A DNA stretch of 64,000 nucleotides. Origin: Gemmatimonadota bacterium. GTDB taxonomy: Bacteria > Gemmatimonadota > Gemmatimonadetes > Gemmatimonadales > GWC2-71-9. The stretch spans positions 8,751 to 72,750 of the forward strand of contig QHUB01000020.1 in the NCBI GenBank assembly GCA_003221035.1, given 5' to 3'. Of the stretch, positions 63,907 to 64,000 are shown piece after piece (position 1 is the first letter of the stretch; every line of letters begins with the position of its first letter). A program made the translations under genes and the position numbers. The notes beneath the pieces were generated by a model that saw only the letters and a list, made by a program, of their open reading frames with translations, was not told the origin of the DNA and did not search any database.

Positions 63907-64000
63907 TGGCCGCCCCCGAGCCACTTCATGATATCAGTGACCAGACCGTCGACATCCCTCACGCTGACAGTCTCCACGGCCGTGTCAGGGAATTTCGATG
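63903..64000 (-). CDS. 3' end of an upstream gene, possibly an M42-like paralog (partial)
   Basis: Reads ...KFPDTAVETVSVRDVDGLVTDIMKWLGGGQ*, resembling the M42 C-terminus; its TGA overlaps the next ATG. Confidence 0.55.
   Translation of the reverse strand, partial: SKFPDTAVETVSVRDVDGLVTDIMKWLGGGQ

Overview
High-GC, gene-dense chromosomal window, mostly housekeeping and heterotrophic-nutrition genes. I see no integrase, transposase, phage gene or CRISPR array. The gene set and protein styles suggest Gemmatimonadota; this is an inference, not a database result. Contents include a GH20 hexosaminidase, two class III aminotransferases with a two-subunit CoA-transferase, many secreted peptidases (DUF885, M28, M13, M61, M1, M42), ispE, pdxJ, mce, trxA, rsmI, gltX, purH, an RND efflux operon and two tRNA-Ser genes. 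A translationally coupled rsmI-DUF4159-DUF4175-TPR-Tat protein-JAB/DinG operon lies at 24-34 kb. Most interesting: (1) a candidate outer-membrane electron-transfer locus at 38.9-43.6 kb, where a Cyc2-like cytochrome-porin sits one gene away from an operon with a beta-barrel fused to an amicyanin-like blue-copper domain, a second cupredoxin lipoprotein and a CHRD lipoprotein; (2) a GTAG-type REP palindrome and 7-, 8- and 10-nt tandem repeats that recur in-frame in signal-peptide-coding DNA; (3) a structured ~120-nt candidate RNA upstream of the RND operon; (4) smaller signals: a probable ACG start codon, several apparently leaderless genes, a MerR-type 19-bp-spacer promoter, a His-less Hpt-like protein and a GluRS lacking its zinc-binding insertion.
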